Positions 31,100 through 40,054 of a stretch of 64,000 nt of DNA are shown piece after piece. Source of the stretch: Candidatus Latescibacterota bacterium (GTDB lineage Bacteria > Latescibacterota > UBA2968 > UBA8231); assembly GCA_965197905.1 (NCBI GenBank), contig CBDAOB010000004.1, positions 768,001 through 832,000 of the forward strand. The letters are read 5' to 3'. A program made the position numbers and the translations under genes. Under the pieces are notes generated by a model, which saw only the letters and a program-made list of their open reading frames with translations, did not search any database and had not been told where the DNA came from. Position 1 is the stretch's first letter; each line of letters opens with the position of its first letter.

Positions 31100-31747
31100 T
31101 TGAACTCCAGAATCTTTCTTGTCGTCTCGATGATTTTTTTGCCTACACGGGGCTGGTCGCAGGCATCCACTACCCCCTTGGAGGTTATCCCCGCTGACCG
31201 AATTTCTGAGGCGCTGAACGTGGCTCCTGTCAGGGAGGGGCCACCACCCACGACACCGGACGGCATTCCTCATCAGCAACACGATCAGAACGCCCCGTTG
31301 GCCATGCAGCAGAGATTGATGTCGGCGATCTTTACCCTGCCTGGCATCCTGGTCGTGCCGACGCCGTTCTCGCTGGCTGGTTCTCAGGGATGGAGACTGG
31401 TAGGAGATTTTGCCCGGGGACCGGACGATGCCTTTCTCTCGACCGAAAGCCTCGAGTTTGGCCACCTGCACCGGCCTTCCGACGGCAGCATGCATATGTT
31501 GCTACCGTTGGCATTCTCCACGATGGCCCTGGAAAAGGGCTGGGGAATCATCCATCCATTGAGCGACCAGATATCCGGAGAGATCTCCGAATACGTCATG
31601 ATTTACGGTCCCAGAAACGAAGAGGAGCTCCGAACGATCTGGATAATCGCTCAGATCTCTTATTACTTTGCGCGCGGCGTGAGTATGGAGAGTTCGACGG
31701 CGATCACACCCGCGACCTTGGGCGAGGTCAAGGACAGGGTGCGCTAG
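31100..31747 (+). CDS. Secreted luciferase-domain (DUF5519-like) protein with C-terminal TAITPATLGEVK tail
   Basis: TTG start after GGGAG, signal peptide, PHQQ-DQ, EFGHLH-DGSMH, EKGWG-HP, MIYGPR-EEE motifs. Confidence 0.7.
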   Translation: MNSRIFLVVSMIFLPTRGWSQASTTPLEVIPADRISEALNVAPVREGPPPTTPDGIPHQQHDQNAPLAMQQRLMSAIFTLPGILVVPTPFSLAGSQGWRLVGDFARGPDDAFLSTESLEFGHLHRPSDGSMHMLLPLAFSTMALEKGWGIIHPLSDQISGEISEYVMIYGPRNEEELRTIWIIAQISYYFARGVSMESSTAITPATLGEVKDRVR

Positions 31748-31786
31748 TGAGGCGTCTCGCCTTAGCACCGTAGAGGAGGCGATCGT

Positions 31787-32602
31787 ATGATTTGGAGTTT
31801 GTTATCATCGCCCGCCTCGATTATCGTACTGCTGGCCTTCAGTGCCGCACGGGCATTGGCGCAGGGTGACTCGGAGGACGTCGACTACGATCTGTTCCTG
31901 AGCACCATTGTGGATGACCCGGACAGCGCCGGCCCCGCGCCCTACCATTTGTGGCGGGTCCTCACCGACTCCTCGATCCCTGTCCAGTTTTCCGTCGCCG
32001 TTGGATCGGTCTGGTCTGATCTCACCCAATTGGACCAGGAACCGGTCACTCCTCTCAATCTGCGAGTGGGCAGAAAGGGCCGCCTCGAGCTCGGGGGTCG
32101 AATAGATGGTACTTTGACGGCCGGCGATGTCGTCGGGTTCACCGTGGGCATAAAACACCAGATTCACCGGTATTTCGCCTGGGGTGTGAACATGCAAGCC
32201 GAGGATCTAAACGAAAGCGCTGGTGAGAAAAAGGACGGCAGGGGTTATGGAGGCTCTTTCGTATTTATTGCGAACGAAAAACGCTTCCTGGGCACACGGG
32301 CAGGCATGAAATACAAGCTCGGAATCGGGTTAGGTGACGCCATCACCGCACGCGGAGCCGCCTTGCGCTTGGCCCTCGAGGCCAGACTCAATCTGTCCGG
32401 GTCAACTCATTTTGTCGGTGGTCTGAGCGGAAGATCCGTAAGTCGCGACTTCTCAGACAATTTTGGATTAAACGGCTCGCTCGGAGCGGAAACCCGACTC
32501 GGTGGCGCCCTGGCTCTGCGGACCTTGATCAGCCTCGGCCTTGCCGGCGACGCCAGTCAGGACAACGCGAGAGGCAGCCTGATTCTGACCTACAGGCCCT
32601 AG
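31787..32602 (+). CDS. Exported hypothetical protein, possible small outer-membrane beta-barrel
   Basis: AGGAGG RBS, signal peptide, alternating hydrophobic Gly-rich strands ending LILTYRP. Confidence 0.55.
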   Translation: MIWSLLSSPASIIVLLAFSAARALAQGDSEDVDYDLFLSTIVDDPDSAGPAPYHLWRVLTDSSIPVQFSVAVGSVWSDLTQLDQEPVTPLNLRVGRKGRLELGGRIDGTLTAGDVVGFTVGIKHQIHRYFAWGVNMQAEDLNESAGEKKDGRGYGGSFVFIANEKRFLGTRAGMKYKLGIGLGDAITARGAALRLALEARLNLSGSTHFVGGLSGRSVSRDFSDNFGLNGSLGAETRLGGALALRTLISLGLAGDASQDNARGSLILTYRP

Positions 32603-33771
32603 TGTTTCGTCTCAGGATTAGCTAGACAAAGTTTCTGCGTGAGTGTAGGTTTCTCTTGACCCCTTTTCGCGGGAGAGACCTATATGGCAATCGGCCGACC
32701 GATGGCACCGGTGGAGTTGAGTGAGCAGACCCGAGAGCAGTTGGAATCCATGACCAGGTCACGCAGCCTTTCGCATGGGCTCGTGCGCCGCTCGGAGATC
32801 GTGCTGTTGGCCGCTGACGGATGGCCCAACCAGGATATCGCGCAGGCACTGAGCGTATCGCGAGCGACGGTGGGCAAGTGGCGCCGGCGGTTTCTGGATC
32901 GAGGTCTGAGCGGCCTGTACGACGAAGTCCGCCCAGGTGGACCGCGGACGATTGAGGATGAGCAGGTGGCCGAAGTCGTATACAAAACCTTCAATACCAA
33001 GCCACCGGAACAGACCCAGTGGTCGGTACGCTCGATGGCAGACGAGACCAGGTTGTCGAAGGACACAGTCCATCGCATCTGGCGTGCTTTTGGTTTGCAA
33101 CCCCACCGTCGGACGCACTTCAAACTCTCCACAGATCCGTTCTTCGTAGAAAAGGTACGCGACATCGTCGGTCTGTACCTGCATCCCCCCGAGCGCGCCA
33201 TGGTGTTGTGCGTCGACGAGAAGAGCCAGATCCAGGCGTTGGAACGGTCCCAACCGATGTTGCCTCTCGGCCTGGGATACGTCGAGGGCGTGACCCACGA
33301 CTACAAGCGACACGGCACCACGACGCTGTTCGCCGCGCTGGATATCGAAACCGGGGAAGTCCTGACGCAGTGCAAACCACGGCATCGTCATCAGGAATTC
33401 CTGCAGTTCTTACGCCACATTGACGGCAACGTCCCCGAAGACCTGGACCTCCACATCGTCGTCGACAACTACGGGACCCACAAGCACGCCAAGGTCAAAG
33501 TGTGGTTGGCCAAACATCCACGTTTCCACATCCACTTCACGCCGACCTACGCTTCCTGGCTCAACCAGGTCGAGATCTGGTTCAACATCATCACCCAGCG
33601 CGCCATTCGACGCGGCTCCTTCCGTAAGGTGAAGGAGTTGATCCGCCGAATCGAGCGCTTCACCGACCACTGGAACGCCAACGCGGCCCCGTTCGCCTGG
33701 ACCGCAACGGCAGATTCCATCCTCGCAAAGATCAAACGACTTTGTGAAGGAATCGCTGCGACGCAACACTA
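32600..33771 (+). mobile_element. IS630 family insertion sequence with TA target duplication
   Basis: Ends TA-GTGTTTCGTC ... GACGCAACAC-TA (imperfect IRs) at a CTAG site; encloses transposase. Confidence 0.9.
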
Positions 33772-33772
33772 G
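32684..33772 (+). CDS. IS630 family transposase
   Basis: [40 protein letters not shown] (DDE). Confidence 0.95.
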   Translation: MAIGRPMAPVELSEQTREQLESMTRSRSLSHGLVRRSEIVLLAADGWPNQDIAQALSVSRATVGKWRRRFLDRGLSGLYDEVRPGGPRTIEDEQVAEVVYKTFNTKPPEQTQWSVRSMADETRLSKDTVHRIWRAFGLQPHRRTHFKLSTDPFFVEKVRDIVGLYLHPPERAMVLCVDEKSQIQALERSQPMLPLGLGYVEGVTHDYKRHGTTTLFAALDIETGEVLTQCKPRHRHQEFLQFLRHIDGNVPEDLDLHIVVDNYGTHKHAKVKVWLAKHPRFHIHFTPTYASWLNQVEIWFNIITQRAIRRGSFRKVKELIRRIERFTDHWNANAAPFAWTATADSILAKIKRLCEGIAATQH

Positions 33773-33839
33773 CACGCATATCCAATTCTCCCTGCAACTT
33801 CTGGCACCATTGCCTCCCAGCGCGAATTGAGCGTAGCGG

Positions 33840-35333
33840 CTACTTCCGCTTCCGTAGCGGCTGTGCCCAGCGCTCCATGCGTTGATCTTCGTTGTACATG
33901 CGCCAGCGCAGCAACTTGTGGCTATAGGTCAGCTCGACCGCGGCGTACTCCGGCCTTCCTGCCAAGTTGTTGAGCTCGTCGGGATCGGATTTCAGGTCGA
34001 ACAGGATGGGTGGAAACTCCGGATCAGCGAAGTAGATGTACTTGAACGCCCGGTCTCGCACTACCCAGAGAAGATGGAGGTCCGGATCCGGATTCTCTCC
34101 CGCCCAGCGCCGGCCCCGATAATCGAACTCGTAATGAATCTCCTGGCGGGGCTGGTAGGTTGGATCATTGCGCAAAAGCCCCAGGAGACTGCGTCCCTGA
34201 AAGCGATCGGGAATGGGCTCGCCCAGAGCCTCCATCAGCGTTGGGGCAGAATCGATGGACTCTACGAAGTGGGGCAGGATCTGGCCGCGGGTGGCATCCG
34301 CTTCGGGCGACGGATCTTTGATGATATACGGGATGCGCATGCCGCCGTCGAAAAACTGGCCTTTCGACAGCAGGTAGTGATCGCCAAGGTGCTCACCGTG
34401 ATCAGAGGAGAAGATGATCAAGGTGTCGTCCCACTGCCCGCTCTCTTCAAGCGCCTTGAACAGCAGACCCAGGTTAGCATCCACCTCGGTGACCATGCCG
34501 TAGTAGCAGGCCCGATACTCCCGCAGGTGCTGTTCGTTCTGCAGATGATCCGGCGCCAGGTTTCTCAGATACGGATGTCTCGGAGTCAGCTCTTCGGCTG
34601 CGCGCGCCGCCGCGGGCATGTCGGCGGGATCGTACATATTGCAGTAGGGCTCGCAACAGATATTGGGCGGGTGCGGCTTGTGGTAATTGAGACTCAACAC
34701 CCAACCCCGGTCTCCGGAGGATGCCGGCTTGCGGTCGCGGATGTAATCGATCGCCCGATCGGTTACGTAGCGGCATTCGCTGTGCTCTTGGCGATATCGG
34801 GCCGGAAAATGTTGCGGCAAATGCTCGCCTGGACCTGCATCGGGCACGGCGGGTGCGTGAATGGCTTCGCGGTTCAGCAGCTCCTGCGGATAACCCTGCT
34901 CACCCAGCCACTGGAAGTACTCGTCGCTGTCCTTGGTGTGATAATACACCCGTTCGAATCCGGGCAGGCAGTTGTCGTAGTCGAGCGTGGTCAGACGATG
35001 ATCACCCGCGGGCAACAGCGCCGGATCGATCGTGTAATCATTGTAACCGATGAGTCCCGGGTCGTAACCCGCTTCCCTGAGGACGAATGCCAGGTTGTCC
35101 TCGGCGTCCAGCAGTGGGGTTGCGTTGTGTACGACCCGCGTCGAGCACAGATACCGGCTCGTGTAGATGCACATCCTGCTGGGAGCGCACGGGGCTGCCT
35201 GGTTGAAGCAGTGTGTGAAGGAGACGCCTTCAGAAGCAAGCCGGTCCAGATTGGGCGTCTGAATCACCTCGTTGCCCAGGTGTCTCAAACAGTCGGAGCG
35301 AAACTGGTCGGCAAGAATCAGGAGAACGTTCAT
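33840..35333 (-). CDS. Sulfatase-superfamily enzyme, phosphonate monoester hydrolase-like
   Basis: NVLLILADQFR, CAPSR, VVHNATPL, KPHPP, SSDHGEHLGDH. Confidence 0.85.
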   Translation of the reverse strand: MNVLLILADQFRSDCLRHLGNEVIQTPNLDRLASEGVSFTHCFNQAAPCAPSRMCIYTSRYLCSTRVVHNATPLLDAEDNLAFVLREAGYDPGLIGYNDYTIDPALLPAGDHRLTTLDYDNCLPGFERVYYHTKDSDEYFQWLGEQGYPQELLNREAIHAPAVPDAGPGEHLPQHFPARYRQEHSECRYVTDRAIDYIRDRKPASSGDRGWVLSLNYHKPHPPNICCEPYCNMYDPADMPAAARAAEELTPRHPYLRNLAPDHLQNEQHLREYRACYYGMVTEVDANLGLLFKALEESGQWDDTLIIFSSDHGEHLGDHYLLSKGQFFDGGMRIPYIIKDPSPEADATRGQILPHFVESIDSAPTLMEALGEPIPDRFQGRSLLGLLRNDPTYQPRQEIHYEFDYRGRRWAGENPDPDLHLLWVVRDRAFKYIYFADPEFPPILFDLKSDPDELNNLAGRPEYAAVELTYSHKLLRWRMYNEDQRMERWAQPLRKRK

Positions 35334-35380
35334 CGCGATCTGCCGCCTACTCTGCGCACATGGGTGCGGTCGTCCCAGGC

Positions 35381-35545
35381 GACGAGGGAGGCAGAGTCAG
35401 AGGAGGTGACGAAAAAGGTGACCACAATGCAGAGCGCCAGCGCGCAGATCCACCGGGCTCAGTAGAAGATGGTCCAGCCGTGCTGCTACTCACCTCCAGC
35501 GCACGCCTCCGTCCACAGGCTCAACAGCGGCAGATAACGCAGGTA
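35381..35545 (-). pseudogene. Collapsed BCCT (betaine/carnitine/choline) transporter relic
   Basis: Manual translation YLRYLPLLSLWTEACAGGE*QHGWTIFY*ARWICALALCIVVTFFVTSSDSASLV carries BCCT signatures WTxFYWAWW and FFVTSSDS. Confidence 0.75.
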
Positions 35546-35610
35546 GATGCAGAAAGCGGCTGCTCAAACGGGGGCATCTTCGCTTTCGGAGTAAGCCTGG
35601 GTCTCGACGG

Positions 35611-36432
35611 TCATTCGCGATAGCTCTTTTCGGCGACGTGAACCAGGAAGTCCGGTTCGAGCGTGTCGTACTCCGCCTGGAAGTCACCGTAGCTCTCGAC
35701 GCGCTGAAACCCTACTTCCTTCATCAAGCGATGGGTGTACTCCTGGCGCAGCGGGAAGAGGTTTAGATGGAAAGTGGGGCCGTCTTTGAAGTCGTAAGCG
35801 AAACGCGCGAGACCATCGTCGATGTACTCCGGCTCGACCCGGATGTCATCGCCGCAATAGTAATAGGTATGCTTGCTCGAATAGCCGTCGTCGAGGATGG
35901 AATCGTAGTTGCGTTGATCGAGGATCAGAAAGCCGTCGTGGTCGAGGACGGCGTAGAACTCGGCCAGAGCCTTGCGGCGATCGCGCTCCTTGAAGAGGTG
36001 AGTGAACGAGTTCCCCAGGCAGATGACGGCGTCGAACGTCTCATGGATGTCGCGATTCAGAAAGCGCCAGTCGGCCTGTACAGTGCGCAGCACATGCCCA
36101 TGCTCGCGGGCGTTGTCGAACGCCTTGCAGAGCATAGCCGGGCTGCCGTCCGCGCTCACCACGTCGAAGCCGGCCTGCAGCAGGCGCACCGAGTGATAAC
36201 CGGTACCGGTTGCAACGTCCAGTACCCGTTGCGCCCCCCGCTCGCGCAAGTGGTTGATGAAGAAGTCACCTTCCCCCTCCGCACGTCGCTCCCAATCAAT
36301 CAGTTCATCCCATTTCTCGACAAAGTTGTGGACGTACTCCGCTTTGTAGAGATCGGTTTCCCGGACCTCGACCGCGGGATCGCCCGTCTGATCGGTCGCA
36401 GAAACTAGCGTTTCGTTACTGGCACTGGACAT
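35611..36432 (-). CDS. bsmA: Glycine/sarcosine N-methyltransferase (GSMT, betaine synthesis step 1)
   Basis: EY-FVEKWDELIDW-RA-EG-FFI, VLDVATGTG, QADWR, ICLGNSFTHLF, DQRNYD, SSKHTYYYCG. Confidence 0.85.
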   Translation of the reverse strand: MSSASNETLVSATDQTGDPAVEVRETDLYKAEYVHNFVEKWDELIDWERRAEGEGDFFINHLRERGAQRVLDVATGTGYHSVRLLQAGFDVVSADGSPAMLCKAFDNAREHGHVLRTVQADWRFLNRDIHETFDAVICLGNSFTHLFKERDRRKALAEFYAVLDHDGFLILDQRNYDSILDDGYSSKHTYYYCGDDIRVEPEYIDDGLARFAYDFKDGPTFHLNLFPLRQEYTHRLMKEVGFQRVESYGDFQAEYDTLEPDFLVHVAEKSYRE

Positions 36433-36776
36433 TTTTTGCTCACTTTCGAAATTCGAGATCTCTGTATTGCCAGCGCGATTATATACATTATCCAAACGCC
36501 ATGCAACCCCACAATTGCTGCTTGTATCCTTCTTATCTACAATAATATCAATAATTTTAGAAGATGAGAGGAAGATATTCTCCTGCCTTTTAGCCGTGTT
36601 TTGGTGTAAAGATTAGTTACGGTTTTATGGAATGCGGTGTGTATATAAAAAGCACATACTAGTTGGAGCGAATGATTGAAAGATCCCTCGACTCGTCTAT
36701 CTGGTGATTGTCGTGTGACTTGCGCCGGGTCGGCGGCGGGGGGATCTGGTCCGGTCCCGTATGTGCAGGTTGGGAC

Positions 36777-38122
36777 CTACTCGATGCCGTGGCGGGCGAT
36801 CTTGTTATAAAGGGCGCGGCGGCTGATCCCGAGAATCTGGGCGGTCTGCTGACGATTGTTTCCGGTAGAGCGCAGGGTGCGCACGATCATCTCGCGCTCG
36901 ACCTCTTTCAACGTGGCCCCGACTCGAAAAGAAACGGCGTCCGGAATGCGTTTGCCCGGTTCCTGGCGCAGTCGCGGTGGGAGATGTTCGGGGGTCATGA
37001 TCTCGCTGCCGCACAGCATGACGGCCCGCTGCAGCACATTGCGCAGCTCGCGCACATTTCCTGGCCAGGGATACGCTTCGAGCAGGCCGGTGCATTCCGG
37101 CGTGAAACCGGCGACCCGCTTCTGGTAAGCGCGATTGTAACGCTGAATGAAGTGGCCGGCGAGCAGCGGGATGTCTCCCGGGCGCTCAGTCAGTAGCGGC
37201 AGATTGATGCGGAAGACATCGAGGCGGTAATACAGATCGTCGCGGAAGGAACCTTCCCGCACCAGGACGCCGAGTTCGGCACTGCTGGCCGCCAGCAAGC
37301 GAATATCGGTGCGGATCTGGTGGGTGCCGCCGAGACGACGAAGCACCCGGTCTTCCAGGAAACGCAGCAGACTTACCTGGTCCCGTTCGGCGATTGCGCC
37401 TATCTCATCGAGGAAGACCGTACCCCCAGAAGCCTGCTCGAAACGGCCGGGATGCGTTTCATCGAAGCCGGGAAACGCTCCCCGCTCATAACCGAACAGC
37501 TCGCTGGCGACCATCTCTGACGGCATCCCACCGATGTTGACGGCAACGTACGGTCCCTCGCACCGTTCGCTCTGCCGGTGGATCACCCGGCCGATCAGGT
37601 CCTTGCCGGTGCCGGTCTCCCCCGCGATCAGCACCGGAATGTCGGTCGCCGCCGCCTGCCGGATGCTCCGATAGACACCTGCATTGCCTGCGACTGCCCG
37701 ACCAGCTCGTCAAGACCGTCTTCATCGCTTTTGAGCAGGAGATTGGTGCCCACCTTCGGGCGCTGCTCCCAGGCGCTCTCGATGAGGATCTTCAACTCCT
37801 CGTCGGTGACCGGCATACGCGCGTCTTGGTAGGTTCCGGCGCGCAGCAGGGTACGCACCAAGCTCATGTGTCGCGGTTCGAGCAGGAACAGCACCTGGGT
37901 GATGGCGCACCGGTCGGCGAGAAGCTCGAGGGTTTCGACACCTTCCTGACTGTCGCGGAACAACTGGCTGGCAATTAGCAGGATGTCGAAGGTTGCGCTC
38001 TCGAAGCGGTCGAGGACGCGGTCGAAGCTGCCTTCCCACGCCACTTCCTCACACCTGGGCCCCAGAAGGCCCTCGACGCGGCGTTTGAGATTCAAGTTTT
38101 CGGCTACGGTGAGAAGACGCAT
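36777..38122 (-). CDS. NtrC-family enhancer-binding protein with degenerate receiver domain and GAFPGF; frameshift near 37678
   Basis: GETGTGKD, FLDEIG, WPGNVREL, C-terminal HTH; one extra base restores MQxVYRSIRQAAATDIPVLI and joins ORFs 37628..38290 and 36777..37634. Confidence 0.8.
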
Positions 38123-38234
38123 GTTTCCAGAATACCAGCGACTGGCTCCCCCAGCAAGAGGCAGCCGGTAGCTATGCCATCCACCGGTCGATTCCTGTGG
38201 GTTCGAACAGGCGTTCGTCGGATCTAGCGTGTCT

Positions 38235-39179
38235 TCAATCCGACCGTTCCGACTCCACCTGGCGCACGAGCTCTTTGATGTTCGCCACATTCGTGCGCAT
38301 CGCCTCCGTCCGCGAGCCGCTGGGGGGTGTGAAGTGCGTGGAGACCGACAGGTAGACGTCGAGGTTGTGGTCCCTCAAGTTGCGCAGAACGGTCAGGTAG
38401 TCCACCTCGCCCTCCCCGATCGGACAGTAGTCGAACTCCAGCTTCAAACCGTCGATGACGCGAAGGTCCTTGAGGTGCACTCCGTAGATGTAGGGGCGCA
38501 TGTTGGTGAAACCGGCGGTGGCTACGTCCAGCTCGCCGCAGTTGGTGTTGTCTGCAGGCCCCCACATCGCCTTGATTCGGCGCGAGCCCACTCTTTCGGC
38601 TACGCGGCGGAAATTTCCCGTCGAGTTCGTGTAGTTCCACGGCATCATCGACACCGCCACGTCGAGATCGTGGCGCTCTGCCATCTCGGCAACGATGGAG
38701 AAGGCCTTCGTGAGCTTGTCCATTTCGGTGTCAGCTATGATGCCACCCTTCGTCATCCAGCGCATGGGCCAGGTAACCTTGTCCGGTAACTCTCCCGGCC
38801 ACAGGAAGCTGAAGACGTTGACGGCGTCGAGACCGAGGTGGTTGCTGATCTCCATCGAGCGCTCGAGCTCAGCGATATTTTTTTTGAACCCCGGATGTTC
38901 CTCCATCGAGTCCAGGTCGAGATCGCACAGATAAATTTCCTTGAAGTGATTGTTCGGCATCAGCAGGAACAGCTTCAAGCCCCGCTGCTCGATAGCGGCG
39001 GCCATCTCGTCGATCTCAGCGGTGCTCATCTCCATCAGCGGCTTGTCGCCCGGCAGATCGCCTCTGCGCAGATACCACAGGTACTCGATTCCGAGCTCGG
39101 CGGCGAAGTCGAGCGCCTCTTCGAAGGGCAGGCCCGGTTCCATGAGGAACATGGCAAGTTTGAAGCGTTGCGAGCTCAC
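38235..39179 (-). CDS. Sugar phosphate isomerase/epimerase (TIM barrel), paralog of 10612..11550
   Basis: TWPMRW-GGIIA, KAMWGPAD, HLKDL, YCPIGEG shared with paralog. Confidence 0.8.
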   Translation of the reverse strand: MSSQRFKLAMFLMEPGLPFEEALDFAAELGIEYLWYLRRGDLPGDKPLMEMSTAEIDEMAAAIEQRGLKLFLLMPNNHFKEIYLCDLDLDSMEEHPGFKKNIAELERSMEISNHLGLDAVNVFSFLWPGELPDKVTWPMRWMTKGGIIADTEMDKLTKAFSIVAEMAERHDLDVAVSMMPWNYTNSTGNFRRVAERVGSRRIKAMWGPADNTNCGELDVATAGFTNMRPYIYGVHLKDLRVIDGLKLEFDYCPIGEGEVDYLTVLRNLRDHNLDVYLSVSTHFTPPSGSRTEAMRTNVANIKELVRQVESERSD

Positions 39180-39195
39180 TTGGACAATCTCCTGT

Positions 39196-39345
39196 TCAGA
39201 GGGTGAGGACCACTGGGTGCGTACTGCGGTGCGCCGGATACAGATTCACCACGCCTTCTTGGCGCGCTTCCATGACGTCGTCGCCATCGTTGTTGTAAAT
39301 GATCCGGCGTTGCCGCCAGCGCTTCACTCGATCTGCGTCCATCAT
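39196..39345 (-). pseudogene. 49-aa remnant of a GHL10-like glycoside hydrolase
   Basis: Manual translation MMDADRVKRWRQRRIIYNNDGDDVMEARQEGVVNLYPAHRSTHPVVLTL; RRIIYNNDG is an N-terminal motif of much longer proteins. Confidence 0.5.
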
Positions 39346-39400
39346 AATTTCATTACCAGTTGGTACCAGGTTGGTCGTTGACGGCAGAGCCGCCCCGTGC

Positions 39401-40054
39401 TCATTCGGGATACTTCGACCGGATCTCGGCCTTGATCAGTGCCGCCAGCGGCCGGGCGCCGAAGGGCTCAAGGGGTTTCCCATTGACGAAGAAACCCGGT
39501 GTCTGGTGCACGCCCAGCGCTTCGGCATCAGCCAGGTCCTGCTCGATCACCGCTGTGATGTGCGGACTTCTCATGTCCGCTTTAACGCGCTCCACATCCA
39601 ACCCCATCTCGTTTAGCAGCGGCCAGATCTCCTCAAGCAGCACGCGGTGGTGCCGGGTCCAGGTGTCCTGTCGGCGGTAGAGCAACTCCAGGGTCTCCCA
39701 GAACGCTCCCTGCATTCGCGCCGCTTCCAGGATACGGACGACCTCGTCCGCCCCTTGATGAAACGGGGTATAGCGGATGACGAGCTTGATCTTACCCGGA
39801 AACGCGCCCATGGCCTGCTGGATGAATGGCGAAAAAGAAGCACAGGTCTCGCACGCTGGATCCGTGAACTTGACGATGTAGACCTTGGCGTCGTCGCTTC
39901 CCAACGTGGGCGAATGAGGCCGGACGAAGGCTGAGACGTTCTCCTGAGCCATGAAACCGAGCTCTGCCGCCCGCCATGTCTTGTAGTACCATGCGGCGAT
40001 GAGAAATCCTCCGACCAACACCACGCAGGCGCCGACAAACAGAATGCGTTTCAC
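39401..40054 (-). CDS. DsbA/BdbD-like thiol-disulfide oxidoreductase
   Basis: N-terminal TM, F-DP-CETC, GVHQTPGFFVNG. Confidence 0.88.
   Translation of the reverse strand: MKRILFVGACVVLVGGFLIAAWYYKTWRAAELGFMAQENVSAFVRPHSPTLGSDDAKVYIVKFTDPACETCASFSPFIQQAMGAFPGKIKLVIRYTPFHQGADEVVRILEAARMQGAFWETLELLYRRQDTWTRHHRVLLEEIWPLLNEMGLDVERVKADMRSPHITAVIEQDLADAEALGVHQTPGFFVNGKPLEPFGARPLAALIKAEIRSKYPE

Noticed and set aside
31100..31747. Bioluminescence pathway
   Set aside because: No hispidin synthase/hydroxylase or lux genes in the window; the domain name alone does not imply light emission
35440..35495. Alternative genetic code (TGA=Trp) or readthrough in BCCT relic
   Set aside because: Another Trp is TAG and one is CGG, and many intact genes here end in TGA; simple decay fits better
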